The notes under the pieces are model-generated. The model searched no databases. It was given only the letters and a program-made list of their open reading frames with translations, and was not told where the DNA came from. Positions 30,632 to 41,000 of a stretch of DNA of 64,000 bases are shown piece after piece. The position numbers were made by a program, and so were the translations under genes. The stretch is taken from the NCBI GenBank assembly GCA_965242865.1, contig CBDETK010000013.1:5440001-5504000 (forward strand). The letters are read 5' to 3'. Position 1 is the first letter of the stretch; every line of letters begins with the position of its first letter. This DNA is from Candidatus Latescibacterota bacterium (GTDB lineage Bacteria > Latescibacterota > UBA2968 > UBA8231).

Positions 30632-30663
30632 TCACCTCGGTGCCGCCAAGAGCATGGCGTCGA
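30632..30663 (-). repeat. Copy of DUF1156 methylase 3' end (DAMLLAAPR*)
   Basis: TCACCTCGGTGCCGCCAAGAGCATGGCGTCGA versus 34289-34320 TCACCTCGGCACCGCCAGCAGCATGGCGTCGA. Confidence 0.85.
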
Positions 30664-30668
30664 TGTAG

Positions 30669-31145
30669 TTATTTCTGGCATAGATCTCGTCGTCCAAGTA
30701 GTCTCTTGTGGGTAGGCGTGAAACGCTGGTTCGTACGTGTGGTGTAGATCTTGCCTCGTGGTCGGTTTATCAGATCCCTGTTCTTGAAATCCTCGCCTAG
30801 TCTCTTCTCTCTTTCACTGCTCTCATTAGTAAACAATAGACGCGCTCCACTGATTTGGGCTAAGGCGATGATGTGCGAATCGTCTGAAACGCATTTACCC
30901 TTGATCGCCTCTGCTTTAGCGTTGACCTGATCTTCGTTCATGGTCCTCATTTTGCCCGCTTCTCCTAACGTACTCGCCCATTCTCTAAATGTTGGCGAAC
31001 CGTCTTTAAGTTCTTCAAGTAGCTTGCCGCCGACTATCAAGCGTTCTGATCCTGCGTTGATCCAATCATAGAATTTCTCGCCTGCCTCAGATTGACTGGG
31101 ACCGAAAACTTCATTGGCTACATTCGCATCAACAATTGCACACAT
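30669..31145 (-). CDS. PIN-like domain protein
   Basis: IVDANV N-terminus and DDSHIIALA...LLFTNE, PIN-type acidic pattern. Confidence 0.6.
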   Translation of the reverse strand: MCAIVDANVANEVFGPSQSEAGEKFYDWINAGSERLIVGGKLLEELKDGSPTFREWASTLGEAGKMRTMNEDQVNAKAEAIKGKCVSDDSHIIALAQISGARLLFTNESSEREKRLGEDFKNRDLINRPRGKIYTTRTNQRFTPTHKRLLGRRDLCQK

Positions 31146-31148
31146 GGC

Positions 31149-32507
31149 TCAACTCCTTTCAGCCTTTCGTCTCTTCCAAATAGACCGTTCCATTTCATTG
31201 ATGAAGAACTGCCGATATACCGGAGGGGCATTCAGGACGTTTCCCTCGGCGTCTATTTCTAGTGAATGAATATGTACGTCGAGGTCGCGTCGCTCGAAGA
31301 AGAGAATGGAAACGTCTTCGGGTTTCAGGTTCCCCTCGCTGTCGCGAACGTCCATGCGCACCCGGCTGAGCAGGTGATCGCTATGCGTCTCAATCACCAA
31401 TTGACGCTCCGGCCCGGCAATTTGGCAGAATAGACTGCCCAGAGCGGCTTGGGCACTGGGATGGAGATGTACTTCCGGTTGCTGGAGCAGAAAAATGGAC
31501 GGGGCGTCTGAACGCAGTAACTCGGTGACGACAGGGAGCACTTGGCTCACTCCATAACCTACGTCAATCAAGTTGCGTTGCGGCCCCTTAACCCTTTTCC
31601 CGTATTTTCGGATCTGCACCTGAAAAGGCTCGGTCTCCTTCTTGTCGAAAGACTTGACCGAGATTTCGTCAAAAAGGCCGGCGTCTTGACCAAATTTTTC
31701 GAGCGCGTCCTTGAGGGTTTCCCATTGCTTTTTATGCTGGAAATACAAATTGGACAGGTACATGGGAATGTAGTCGCCTTCGGGGTCCTGTGTCGGGAGT
31801 GCGGGGTCGTAGGTACGACGTGGCTTGGAGCGAACAGGTGCGCTGGCATACGGTTCGGATGCGTGAAAGAGAAAACGGCCTGATTGGCTAGCGTATATAA
31901 CCTCTTTGATTTTTTTTAAGTCCGCTTTTGTAGGAGCCGCTGCACCTGCTAGTGCGTTCCATTGATGATTTTCTTCGAGCGTTTCTGTAAAATGCCAAAT
32001 AAGCGACAAAAGAGAAAGTCGATCGTCCCGACTCCAATCCAGAAAGTGGACGGCCTCATCAGATAGATGATGCTTCCAAGCCCCCCTTTTTGTCCCGAAG
32101 CAAACCTCCCTTTGCGAGAGACGATATTCGATCCACGTATCCTTTTGAGAAAGGCGTCTGCGCTCCGGCACCGGGACGCTTCCCTTCTTTTTGAAGATCG
32201 CTTCAAAATGGAACGGTTCTGTGTCGCTACGTATCTGAGTAGTGAATGCAAATCCCGCCTCAAAAGCATCTGCTCGACCACCCCGTCCTCGGTAATGGGC
32301 GATCTCGTCGAAGCTGCCGAGGTCGTAAGGCTCTTTCTTAAAATCGGGGTTTTTCTGCCGGTAGGCGACATCCCAGAGTGCCCGGATCAGGGCCATGAAC
32401 GAGGTCTTGCCGGTGCTGTTCTCCCCGACAAGTAGCGTCAGTGGTGCTAAACGGGCGGTCTGTTTTTCGCGGAAGCAGCGAAAGTTTTTGATCGTGATTT
32501 GGTCCAT
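31149..32507 (-). CDS. ABC-type ATPase with DUF3696-like C-terminus
   Basis: GENSTGKTS, DVGYGVSQVLP, QQPEVHLHP, IETHSDH. Confidence 0.88.
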   Translation of the reverse strand: MDQITIKNFRCFREKQTARLAPLTLLVGENSTGKTSFMALIRALWDVAYRQKNPDFKKEPYDLGSFDEIAHYRGRGGRADAFEAGFAFTTQIRSDTEPFHFEAIFKKKGSVPVPERRRLSQKDTWIEYRLSQREVCFGTKRGAWKHHLSDEAVHFLDWSRDDRLSLLSLIWHFTETLEENHQWNALAGAAAPTKADLKKIKEVIYASQSGRFLFHASEPYASAPVRSKPRRTYDPALPTQDPEGDYIPMYLSNLYFQHKKQWETLKDALEKFGQDAGLFDEISVKSFDKKETEPFQVQIRKYGKRVKGPQRNLIDVGYGVSQVLPVVTELLRSDAPSIFLLQQPEVHLHPSAQAALGSLFCQIAGPERQLVIETHSDHLLSRVRMDVRDSEGNLKPEDVSILFFERRDLDVHIHSLEIDAEGNVLNAPPVYRQFFINEMERSIWKRRKAERS

Positions 32508-32528
32508 GCGATTCCCTTTTTTGTGCTT

Positions 32529-32640
32529 TTAGCGCGGCACCGCTAGTAGGAGGCGTTTTTCGTTGCAGCCTTGAGGATAGGGGGCGGATAGGGCGTTGGC
32601 AAGGCGGAGGAAGTCCTCGGCACAAATCAGCGTCCGCAGC
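32529..32640 (-). repeat. Copy of DUF1156 methylase 3' end (~110 bp)
   Basis: Reads LRTLICAEDFLRLANALSAPYPQGCNEKRLLLAVPR* versus LRTLISAEQDRGPDFLRLANALSALYPQGCNEKRLLDAMLLAVPR* in the gene. Confidence 0.92.
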
Positions 32641-32649
32641 CTCTAAGGC

Positions 32650-32707
32650 GATGGCGGATGAGAGATGCGGATACGACCGCCGCACACCGATCTACTAGGA
32701 ATCTCAC
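32650..32707 (-). pseudogene. DUF5615 PIN-like toxin N-terminal remnant
   Basis: GTG overlapping DUF433 stop reads VRFLVDRCA, typical DUF5615 start, then breaks into the methylase-end copy. Confidence 0.55.
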
Positions 32708-32955
32708 GAATCCGCAATCGATACAGCGGCCAGTGTATCTTTGGCAATAATGGCATGCGCGTAGGCCGTGCAGGCGCGAATGTCGTCTGGTTCCAGTTCG
32801 GGGTAATCCGCTAGAATGGCCTTTGTCGTCACGCCCTGTGCCATCAGGCTCAGGATGAGTTCCACTGAAATTCGCATGTCGCGAATGATGGGCTTGCCGC
32901 CAAAGACTTCCGGGCGGGCGGTGATGCGCTTGAGCAGTTCGGGATTAGGGATCAT
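32704..32955 (-). CDS. DUF433 antitoxin
   Basis: RITARPEVFGGKPIIRDMRISVE...ILADYPEL..DDIRAC. Confidence 0.92.
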   Translation of the reverse strand: MIPNPELLKRITARPEVFGGKPIIRDMRISVELILSLMAQGVTTKAILADYPELEPDDIRACTAYAHAIIAKDTLAAVSIADS

Positions 32956-32979
32956 GTCCTCTCCGTAGATTACGTCCGG

Positions 32980-33027
32980 CTACCTCGGCACCGCCAGCAG
33001 CATGGCGTCGAGTGAGGCGTTTTTTTC
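32980..33027 (-). repeat. Copy of DUF1156 methylase 3' end (DAMLLAVPR*)
   Basis: CTACCTCGGCACCGCCAGCAGCATGGCGTCGAG...GAGGCGTTTTT matches 34289-34333. Confidence 0.9.
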
Positions 33028-33041
33028 GGAACCAATAGGAG

Positions 33042-33269
33042 TCATCGGTTCTGCGTGATGAGCCGACTTCTGCTTTCCTCGCGTGGCTTTGAGGGCGGCT
33101 TGGTTTCAAAGGGATTACTTACCCGACTGCCGCTATCTTCCCACACTCCCAATTCTTCGAGTTCTCGGCGCATTTGTAGCGCCTCTTCGACGATCTTAGG
33201 ATCAACCGCCGGATTCTTTGCGATCTGCTCTTTGGTGAGCATGGGCACAAGTAGGTCTTTTTTTAGCAT
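33042..33269 (-). CDS. Small hypothetical protein
   Basis: AGGAG RBS; 75 aa directly after protease. Confidence 0.6.
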   Translation of the reverse strand: MLKKDLLVPMLTKEQIAKNPAVDPKIVEEALQMRRELEELGVWEDSGSRVSNPFETKPPSKPREESRSRLITQNR

Positions 33270-33280
33270 AGAGACTCCTT

Positions 33281-34174
33281 TTAGGGGAAATAACGGTTAT
33301 GGACTAGACTATTTGCTTCTTCCTTGAATGCAAGATCTCCGAAAAACCAGAAGTATTCCTTGATCAAGTTGCTCAACGTAGGATCGGCTTCTAAGTCATC
33401 AATTTTGAGCTTCAATTCAGCAAGAACATCTCGGTTAATTCCACGTCCATGAGTACCCCATCTTTTTTGATCGTTAAGTGCTTGGGCGATTTCTTCCGCA
33501 CGTTTCTCCTTTTCTTTTTGAGTAACAGGTTTCTTTGTAGAACCGTGTGTTGACCAATCCTTGAATTTGTACTTTACAAGCCAATGTTGAATGAGTCGAA
33601 CTGATAGCTCGGCTGCCAATTCATATTGACGCAAATCAGCAGCATCAAGTTTCTGAAGCAGCACCAAATCCGCACTTGTCAGGGTGCCTTCTTCGGCTTT
33701 TTTGACAAAGCGTTCGTACTGTTCAAGATAAGAAAGAACCGATATAGGGATGGGTTTGTCTTCTATATACAATTGGGGATCAACCGGCCCCAAACAAGAG
33801 AAGTAGTCCATCAAAATTGCGTCCCCGGACATCACGAGCACCGTCCCTGCCGACATCGCCTTATCGGGAATGAGAAACTTCACCTCTTTGTAGTAATGCC
33901 TGAGCGTGGTAACAATGCGTTCGGCGACCTCGACAATGCCACCAGTTGTATCAATGATCACGAGCGAACCTTCGCGGCGTTCCGGGACCCTTTCGATAGC
34001 CAACCTGACGCGGTGATCGACCGACTCCATGATTGGACCGAAAATTGTCAGCGCATCCATACAGGTATGCTTCTCAATTTCAGCGAGCTTGGAATTAAGC
34101 CACTCGACCGCGATTGAATCGCTCGTATCTGGATTCTTTTGTGGGACCGGCTGCGCGGTGATGTCATCGGCCAT
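33281..34174 (-). CDS. SDH/ClpP-fold serine protease
   Basis: DTTGG, AMSAGT, LGPVDPQ, THGRGI motifs; lower GC. Confidence 0.85.
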   Translation of the reverse strand: MADDITAQPVPQKNPDTSDSIAVEWLNSKLAEIEKHTCMDALTIFGPIMESVDHRVRLAIERVPERREGSLVIIDTTGGIVEVAERIVTTLRHYYKEVKFLIPDKAMSAGTVLVMSGDAILMDYFSCLGPVDPQLYIEDKPIPISVLSYLEQYERFVKKAEEGTLTSADLVLLQKLDAADLRQYELAAELSVRLIQHWLVKYKFKDWSTHGSTKKPVTQKEKEKRAEEIAQALNDQKRWGTHGRGINRDVLAELKLKIDDLEADPTLSNLIKEYFWFFGDLAFKEEANSLVHNRYFP

Positions 34175-34288
34175 GGAGTGAACTCCTGCTCTCGGGGATT
34201 CGATTCATGTTGTCTCTGCGTATGCTTCGATTTTTAGAGTACTTAACCAGAATTTTTGCTTTGCGTCAACCTTTTGCTGAATCACGCG

Positions 34289-37200
34289 TCACCTCGGCAC
34301 CGCCAGCAGCATGGCGTCGAGGAGGCGTTTTTCGTTACAGCCTTGAGGGTAGAGGGCGGATAGGGCGTTGGCAAGGCGGAGGAAGTCGGGGCCGCGATCT
34401 TGCTCGGCGCTGATTAGCGTCCGTAGGGCGGTGGCGTGGCCGGTGGATTGGAGCAGCATGGCGGTGTGGACGCGGTCGAGGGTGGTGTCGCCAAGCGTGG
34501 CGGAAAGGGGGTCGTCGGAGGATTCGCCGTATTGTGGGCGCGGCTCCCGGACGAGCGTGGGGGTGCTGTCCTGCTGGTCGGGGAAGAGCGTCTGCTGGGC
34601 GTCGGCTCCGCTTTCGATGTACGTGGCTGCGGCGGCCGCGCCGTCTTCGCCGAAGAGCTTTTGGGCGCGCTCGGCTACGGAGAGGAGGCGCACGACGCCC
34701 TTTTCTTGGCCGATGATGCGGTCGGTTTGGGCGGCGAGGTCAATGCCCATGGGCTGGGCGAAGCGGCGCACGACATCGAAGGGGAGCGCGAATCCCGTGG
34801 CCGCGGCTTGGGCGACGGCTTCTTCGTCGGCCTCGTCGGCTTGGTCCTGATTTTCTGCAACAGGGGCCGTGCTCTGGAGCGTCCACAGGAAGAGCGCGGT
34901 TAGGCGGGCGTCCGCTTCCAATGCGCCGTGCGTTTGCGCCTCGGCCGTGCCGAGCACCTGTTGCAGGGCGGCGCGACCGACGACTTCCCAGACTTTTTCC
35001 AAGTAATCGGGCAGGCCGATTAGATCGCCTTCGGCGGTTTCGACAGCGCGGTAGCGGCTGAAAATTTCGAGGGCCGGGCCGATGCAGGCGAAAACCAGAT
35101 CGGCCCCGCGGATGCCTTCGGCTTGCAAGCGGTCGATCCAGTCGGCGACGCGGACCGGCAGTTCGCGCAGGACATCGGCCCAATCGCCGATGGGGGCGTC
35201 GTCGGGACGGGGGCGGCAGATGAGGTGGACGCTGGTGGCGAGGGCAGCGGAATCGCGGGCGCGGAGACGGGTCGCGCTTTCGGTAGCAATCGGCCACGAT
35301 CCGGTTATGGTCCAACCGCCGCGAATCATGCCCGAGAGCAACGCTTCCCAGCCTTCCGTTGTTTTATGAGCGAAGACGACCGAGCCGATGCCTTCTTCGC
35401 TCAGTACGCGGCGACCTTCGGCAAAGGCTTTCGCCATCGTCTCCTCGAACCATGCGCGGTCTTTTGGGCGGCCGTCGGCCTGCTTGGTCTCGTCTTGTAC
35501 GGCCTCGGCGGTCTTGGGCGAGAGCAGGTTGTCAGGATCGAAGGGATCGCGCAGTAGCGGATTGTTGGGTAGCGTACGTTTGAGCCAGACGAGGAAGAAG
35601 TCGGAGAGATCGGAATAGGGAATCGCGTCGTAGTACGGCGGGTCTGTGAAATAGACGCTGGTGGCTTGGTCGGGGAGTGGGTGGTCGGTGGCGTCGGCGG
35701 ATTGAAGTTGGCCTGAAACTGCAGATCGGGCGAATTGTATGACTTCACAAGTTGCACCTATACCTGATAGGAAAACCCCCCGCGCATTGCTCTTTGGTGT
35801 AGATTCACAGAAATCCCACACAATGGGAATGGCTTGACGTGCAAAGAGATTTACAGGGTTTTCAGCATTGCTTTCCCACCGAGTAAGGGAGTTGTTGCCA
35901 TCCGCCATTCTGCCTAAAAGCAATGCGATTAGGGTTTGTTGAATGCTTGGCGTGAGCGTTACGCTAGATCGGCCCAACCCAACCAACGCCACCTTCTGCC
36001 GCGCCGTAAACAAATCCCCCCACTGCATCATACCATATCGCTGCACACGAAAGCCCAACGTGCCGATTGGTGGCAACGGCTCATCCGGCACCGGGCAAAG
36101 CCCCTGCCGCCCACCCCGCTCCCACTCGTCCAACATCCGCGCCACCCGCTCCTGCGCCACCCGCACCGCCGCATAATCCGCCCCGTCTCGCCGGGCCGCA
36201 CCGTCACCACCGCCGTCATCCGCGCCCCACCCGTCCGCCTTCCCTCCGCGTCAAAAACCACATCCGCGCCGCCCCGTTGGGCCGCAAGCTGCGCCCGCAC
36301 CCGCTCCGGCGGCAGCACCGCGCCGCAGCACAAACAAGTCGCTCGCGCTCGCGCCACCGTGCCGCCGCGCACCTCTCGATCCGCCTGCGGCTCAACCACC
36401 GCAAACTCGACGCTCGGCGGCTCCCCCTCGCAACGCTCAACCCGATGCTGCAACGCCCGCTTGCGCTTGGCCTTCTTGCACAACCAAAACGAGCGCATCA
36501 GGGGAATCTCCGCGCCGCAGTTGGGCGCTTCGCAGCGCACCGTGCGCGCCCACAAGTAGGCAATCGGCGTGGCCCCATCCGGGTCCCTCGGATACAGCTC
36601 GGCCAATTCCCGCTCGGCCTGCCGCTTAATTTCGCCGCCGACCCGACGCAACTCCTCGGCCAGCCCCGGCCCGTGCCGCGGAATATCCTCCAGCATCACC
36701 TTGAGAATCAGACACGCCACCGGATTTAGGTCGCTGGCAAACGCCTCGCAACCCAGCCGCAACGCCTCCAGCGGAATCGACCCGCCGCCGGCAAACGGAT
36801 CCACCACCAGCGGCGGCTCCGCGCCATGCGCCGCTTGCACCAACGCCCGGCTCACGTCGAGATGGGTGCGGTCCGCCGCATTCTTCCAATTGGCAAAGTT
36901 GGCAATGAACGCCAGTAACCCCTGCCGCAGCTCCAAGTCATTCGCCAGCGGCTGCCGCACCGCGAGCAGAATGTTCCGCGCTTGCCGCTTAAAGTCCTCC
37001 GGACAGTGCGCGTCGCACGGGTCTGGCAGCAGCAACGCCAGCAACACCGCCCGCGACGAGGCCAACGGCCGCCGCGCCCACCACAAGTGCAACGTACTCG
37101 GATGCCCATGCCGAATCGACTTCTCCCGCGCCGCGTACTGAGAAACCTCAGCAATGGGAAAATCAACTTCGGCGAGACGTTTGCAGACGCGGGGGATCAT
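34289..37200 (-). pseudogene. DUF1156 adenine DNA methyltransferase, frameshifted near 36175
   Basis: HLWWARRPL, DPFAGGGSIP (motif I), Zn-ribbon Cys pairs, FTDPPYYD (motif IV); frame shifts between ...PGETGR and DYAAVRVAQ. Confidence 0.88.
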
Positions 37201-37281
37201 GGATTCTCTTTCCGTTCCTGCCGAGGCGGGATGGTGCTGGCACAGCTAAACCTGCGGTTCGGCGTCGTCATTGGCCGGTGC

Positions 37282-37491
37282 TTATCCGCGCTCCAGTTCG
37301 GCCGGATGCATGCTGAGATATTCACGAACCTCCAACTGCATTCGGTCGATCTCGGCGAGAAATCCCGCCACCGAGCCTCGGTAATTTTCAGGATGGGTTT
37401 CCACATTGCGTAGATGGGCTATTTGACGCTGGAAATGCGCGATTCGCCCCAGAGTGACGTCGAGTTCGCGATCGTTTGCAATCATGGTCAT
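37282..37491 (-). CDS. Small helical protein, partner of DUF6932 gene
   Basis: MIANDRELDVTLGRI...EVREYL; overlaps upstream stop. Confidence 0.7.
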   Translation of the reverse strand: MTMIANDRELDVTLGRIAHFQRQIAHLRNVETHPENYRGSVAGFLAEIDRMQLEVREYLSMHPAELERG

Positions 37492-37928
37492 TCCCCCGTG
37501 ATTTCAACGATGCCACGTTCAGTACCATCGCGTTTGAGTTGCCAATCTTCGATGGCGGATTCTTCGCCACCGATGGCCGCCAAGCGGCGAACCCAGAACA
37601 CACTACATCCAAAATGATCTTGGGCCGTTCCGTGATAGAACAGGAGTCGGGCTTCGCCGACTAGTGACCCCATATCGAAATTGTCATCCATAATCATGAA
37701 GATGTCCACATCGTTGGGTTCGTATTTTTCAGTAATAAACGAGCCGAATACGATGAATCGAGCTAGATAGCCAGTTTGCGCCGCGATCTGATAGATGCGT
37801 TCGAGGCGCATGGCAAGCAGCTTTCGGCGATGCGATCCCGTTCCAAAACGGCTGACTGTTTCGGCGAGCGAAGCCGTATAGACGCCAAAAGGAAGATCAC
37901 CCATTGCGGTAAAGTCAGGTAGGGGCAT
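37488..37928 (-). CDS. DUF6932-like nucleotidyltransferase
   Basis: G.LP.G, FGSFITEKYEPNDVDI, RGIVEI. Confidence 0.8.
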   Translation of the reverse strand: MPLPDFTAMGDLPFGVYTASLAETVSRFGTGSHRRKLLAMRLERIYQIAAQTGYLARFIVFGSFITEKYEPNDVDIFMIMDDNFDMGSLVGEARLLFYHGTAQDHFGCSVFWVRRLAAIGGEESAIEDWQLKRDGTERGIVEITGE

Positions 37929-38068
37929 AGACCCTCCTGTTGATGAGAACCATTCTAATGAGACAGTCGGTTAGATCGTGCATCCCCGCGGCCAGCCCAT
38001 TCCATCTTTCATCCCCCAAGGCCGTCGCTATACAGATTCCACGAAGATAAACAGTATTATTAGTTTAA

Positions 38069-41000
38069 TCACTCAGTTCCTGATTTTTGAACAATAAATG
38101 CTTTCATACCACCTGCATAGAATTGAATTTGAACTTTATGACTTGACGATATACTAGTATCTATCATTGAATTTCTTTTTTTTAAGAAAAGAGGTATCTT
38201 ATACTGAAGATCTATAATACGCACGTATAATCTTTTTTTATATTTGACTATAACAGCATCAAATATCTCAGGATTACCTTCATCATCTTTCCAATAATCT
38301 TGCATACATAAGCTAGTTCTAAAACGTTGCTGAATTTTTCTCATGTGTCTCCTAAAATAAGAGAATTTTCTGTTATATGCTTCTGCGATACCCAAAAAGT
38401 AATGATATCTCATAGGGTCTTGTTCAAGTATAGGCCCATTAGAGCGAACTAAATCAAATAACTTAGATCGGCTGGCACTATGGTGTAAGTTACGCCCATA
38501 GTGCTGGAACAATAGCTTTGATACTTCATCTAAGTGAGTATATTTTTCAAGTTCACGCACCTTTGCACCTAAAGCATCCTCATCATTTTTCTGGGAGTAA
38601 TAATAGAAGTATAAAATTAGGGCGTATGGCTTTAAATCTTCTTTTTTATACAAGTCACTTATAAAATTGATATATTTTTCATCATTAGCAGAAGAAGAAT
38701 GATGCTTTTTTCTATATCTGGCTTCTATTTCGGCAATGGTTTCAATCCCTTCATGAAGCTGTCTTTTCGCTCGATCTAATAAATCTTCAATCGAAATTAT
38801 ACTACGCAATTCTGTTTCTTGGGTAAGAGAAAATGTTTCTAAATACCATATCTCAAACCGTAAGTATTCTCGGAAACTGTATATACTAAAGGGATCTTCT
38901 ATCATTTTTATATAAAATAATTCCCTCGCTTCGTCAATATAAGGTTGTACTGCACTATGTATAACTTGCTCACGATCTAGCAACTGGGCTAGTTTAAAAT
39001 TGAGAACTGCTCGTCGATGTGTTAATCTGTGACTTCTTCGATATAAGAAACTTTCTGCATATATGATACGTTCGATGCCACGTTCTAAAGATTTCTGAGT
39101 TCCTCGGTATTGTAAATTTGTAGCGTAGTGAAGGTTGAAATGAGGATCATCAGAAAATTCATTTGCACATATATCATATAGATTATCAATCTTAGATTGT
39201 GTAAATTCTTCTGCCGTTATCATTGCTTTTAGTATATCTACAATTAAACGGGAATTATGAGGAGTATAAGTTAATTTTTTAAATATTTTTTGGTATTCCA
39301 CAAATCTTTTATCTGAATCACTTAGATACATCTCTATAAGTAAGTCTGAAATTACCGGATGACGAGTTCGAAAATATAGGTCGGGTTCATCTCCCGATAT
39401 ATTTTTTTCTTCTTGGACCAAAATTCCTTTTGCATCGTATTCTATGACGTCACGTTTGAATGTACCCCAATCTTTAGACACCAGTTTCATCAATAAACTG
39501 GAAGGCATTAAAATTTTGAATCTATATAATAATGATGTATATAGAAATGACTCCTTAGCCTTTTCTGATAGTTGTTCATATGCGCTCCGTAATATCTGGT
39601 CATGATGTCCATCTGTAACTATGGATAGCAGAGACACAAAAGCATCTCCTTTATAATCTCGAACAACCGTAGAGGCGAGAGAGTTTCTTTCTTTTTCATC
39701 TCTGACAGTGATAATCTTTGAGTCATCTAATTTCTTAATCAGATCTGATGCTTCTTTTTTGTTAAAATTAGTATTGATCTCCAGTTGATGCAGGTTGGGA
39801 TATGATCGGTTATGGGTTAATTTTTGTAGGATATTTTCCCTTATGGGAACCAGCATCACTATATTAGATCCAGAGAGTTGTTGTATGCTGAGATTCGACC
39901 GCAATTCAATCATTGATTTAAAGAAACTGTCTACCTCACATTCATCAAATAGAAGCATGATATTTTCAGTGTCAACAGCACTGATTAGTTCACATAAATC
40001 TACTTCTCTAATATCTTGAGGCTCTAATATCTCAAATACTGCTACATCTAAGTCAGAGTCAAGAATACTATGGACTAATCTATAGCAGAAAGTCGTTTTG
40101 CCGACACCATAGGATCCAGTTATTGCAATAATAGGAATTACAAATTCTTCAGAATTGAAAAATTGTTCTAATTTATTGATTATCTCTTTTTGACAATCTA
40201 ATCTTATTACATCATAATTCTGCTTTATCGCAAAATAAGATGGTCTTTCTCCCGTATAAAATTGCTCTGGTGAAATGTATTCAAATCTGGTATGTGGATT
40301 AATCTGGACAAGACTGCTTCCAAGCCTCTTAATAAGCCTATTAGATATATTTATGGGAGAACTGTCTTTTTGGCGAAACTGCGGTTTTCGCCTTCTTATA
40401 GCTGATTCTTCACTCGATTTTTCCCAATCTTCATATTTTTGATAGAATTCAGAAGCAGTGCATTTTATAATTCTAATACTGCTGCTCTCAAGGTATGGTA
40501 GCATATCTTCCTGTATGGTGGGATCTACCAATAGTATATCTCTCTTATTTCGGTAATTATATCGATCAAAACGATCAAGAAGAAATTTAGCAAACGGATC
40601 TCTAAATGAGTATCCAATCACGAGAAGTTGAATACGGGGCGAGATGTGTTCTAGGGCCTGTAACACTATCTTGTAAAAACCGTTAACGGATTCAAAATCT
40701 CTTGTTGAAAAAATGAATGGATATTTGGCTCTATCACTAATACAACCATTTAGCTTAATGTATTTTATCTCATCGTTTGCTGGATTGTAATGATATTCAT
40801 GCAAATTTTTTGCAGGCTTCAGGATTTTATTTTCGTCCGATGTACTAAATACTCTATCAAAAGCCTTCTCAACTATAATATCCAAATTGGTCGTAATGAT
40901 CTCTTTCCAAGGTAGGCGAGCAATTGTAGTATGAAATGCAGTGGGTTCTAGATTTCTAAGACATTTTTCTACTATATCATCAAACTCTTTGCGATCAAAT

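Noticed and set aside
36160-36190. Programmed frameshift or phase variation in the methylase
   Set aside because: No slippery heptamer or simple repeat tract; the junction looks like a small deletion.
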